This document shows, piece by piece, positions 63,999 to 64,000 of a stretch of DNA of 64,000 bases (positions within the stretch are counted from its first letter, which is position 1; every line of letters starts with the position of its first letter). The DNA lies in assembly GCA_963744145.1 (NCBI GenBank), contig CAVUSO010000001.1:7040001-7104000 (forward strand), given 5' to 3'. A model generated the notes under the pieces. The model ran no database searches and was not told where the DNA came from. It was given only the letters and a program-made list of their open reading frames with translations. The position numbers were made by a program, and so were the translations under genes. This DNA comes from an uncultured cyanobacterium. GTDB taxonomy: Bacteria > Cyanobacteriota > Cyanobacteriia > Cyanobacteriales > CAWUOF01.

Positions 63999-64000
63999 TA

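Noticed and set aside
62771..64000. CRISPR array
   Set aside because: Would-be spacers are homologous to each other, repeats are HIP1 or long hairpins in mixed orientation, and no cas genes are present

Overview
AT-rich cyanobacterial chromosomal window. The assignment rests on very frequent HIP1 octamers (GCGATCGC) plus urtABCDE, cruF, rpoZ and an NtcA promoter. The left ~28 kb is accessory. It holds two filamentous-haemagglutinin (TpsA-type) genes, one carrying a 7-repeat FG-GAP-like propeller and a C-terminal CHAT caspase-like domain. It also holds a nest of IS/MITE/REP debris, a CHAT-FHA protein between two giant Ser/Thr kinase-ATPase-GAF-His kinase genes, a tnpA-less IS200/IS605 TnpB element inserted in the last codons of one kinase, and an MntA/HepT toxin-antitoxin pair. 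The middle has the urea ABC transporter operon, a second TnpB element, cruF, an unusual RusA-like/acidic-linker/DUF3102-like fusion, and a TpsB plus TPR-CHAT operon. The right part is mostly housekeeping (GH116, DUF3370, LptF/G, ABC1 kinase, manC, SGNH hydrolase, rpoZ, tRNA-Pro, metX, metY). It ends in a HIP1 tandem repeat, GTAG-type REP hairpins and an Rpn-like C-terminal fragment. Several frameshifts in conserved genes look like long-read errors, two of them at inferred GGCC sites. No CRISPR array or rRNA was seen. All family calls come from motif recognition by eye, not database searches.
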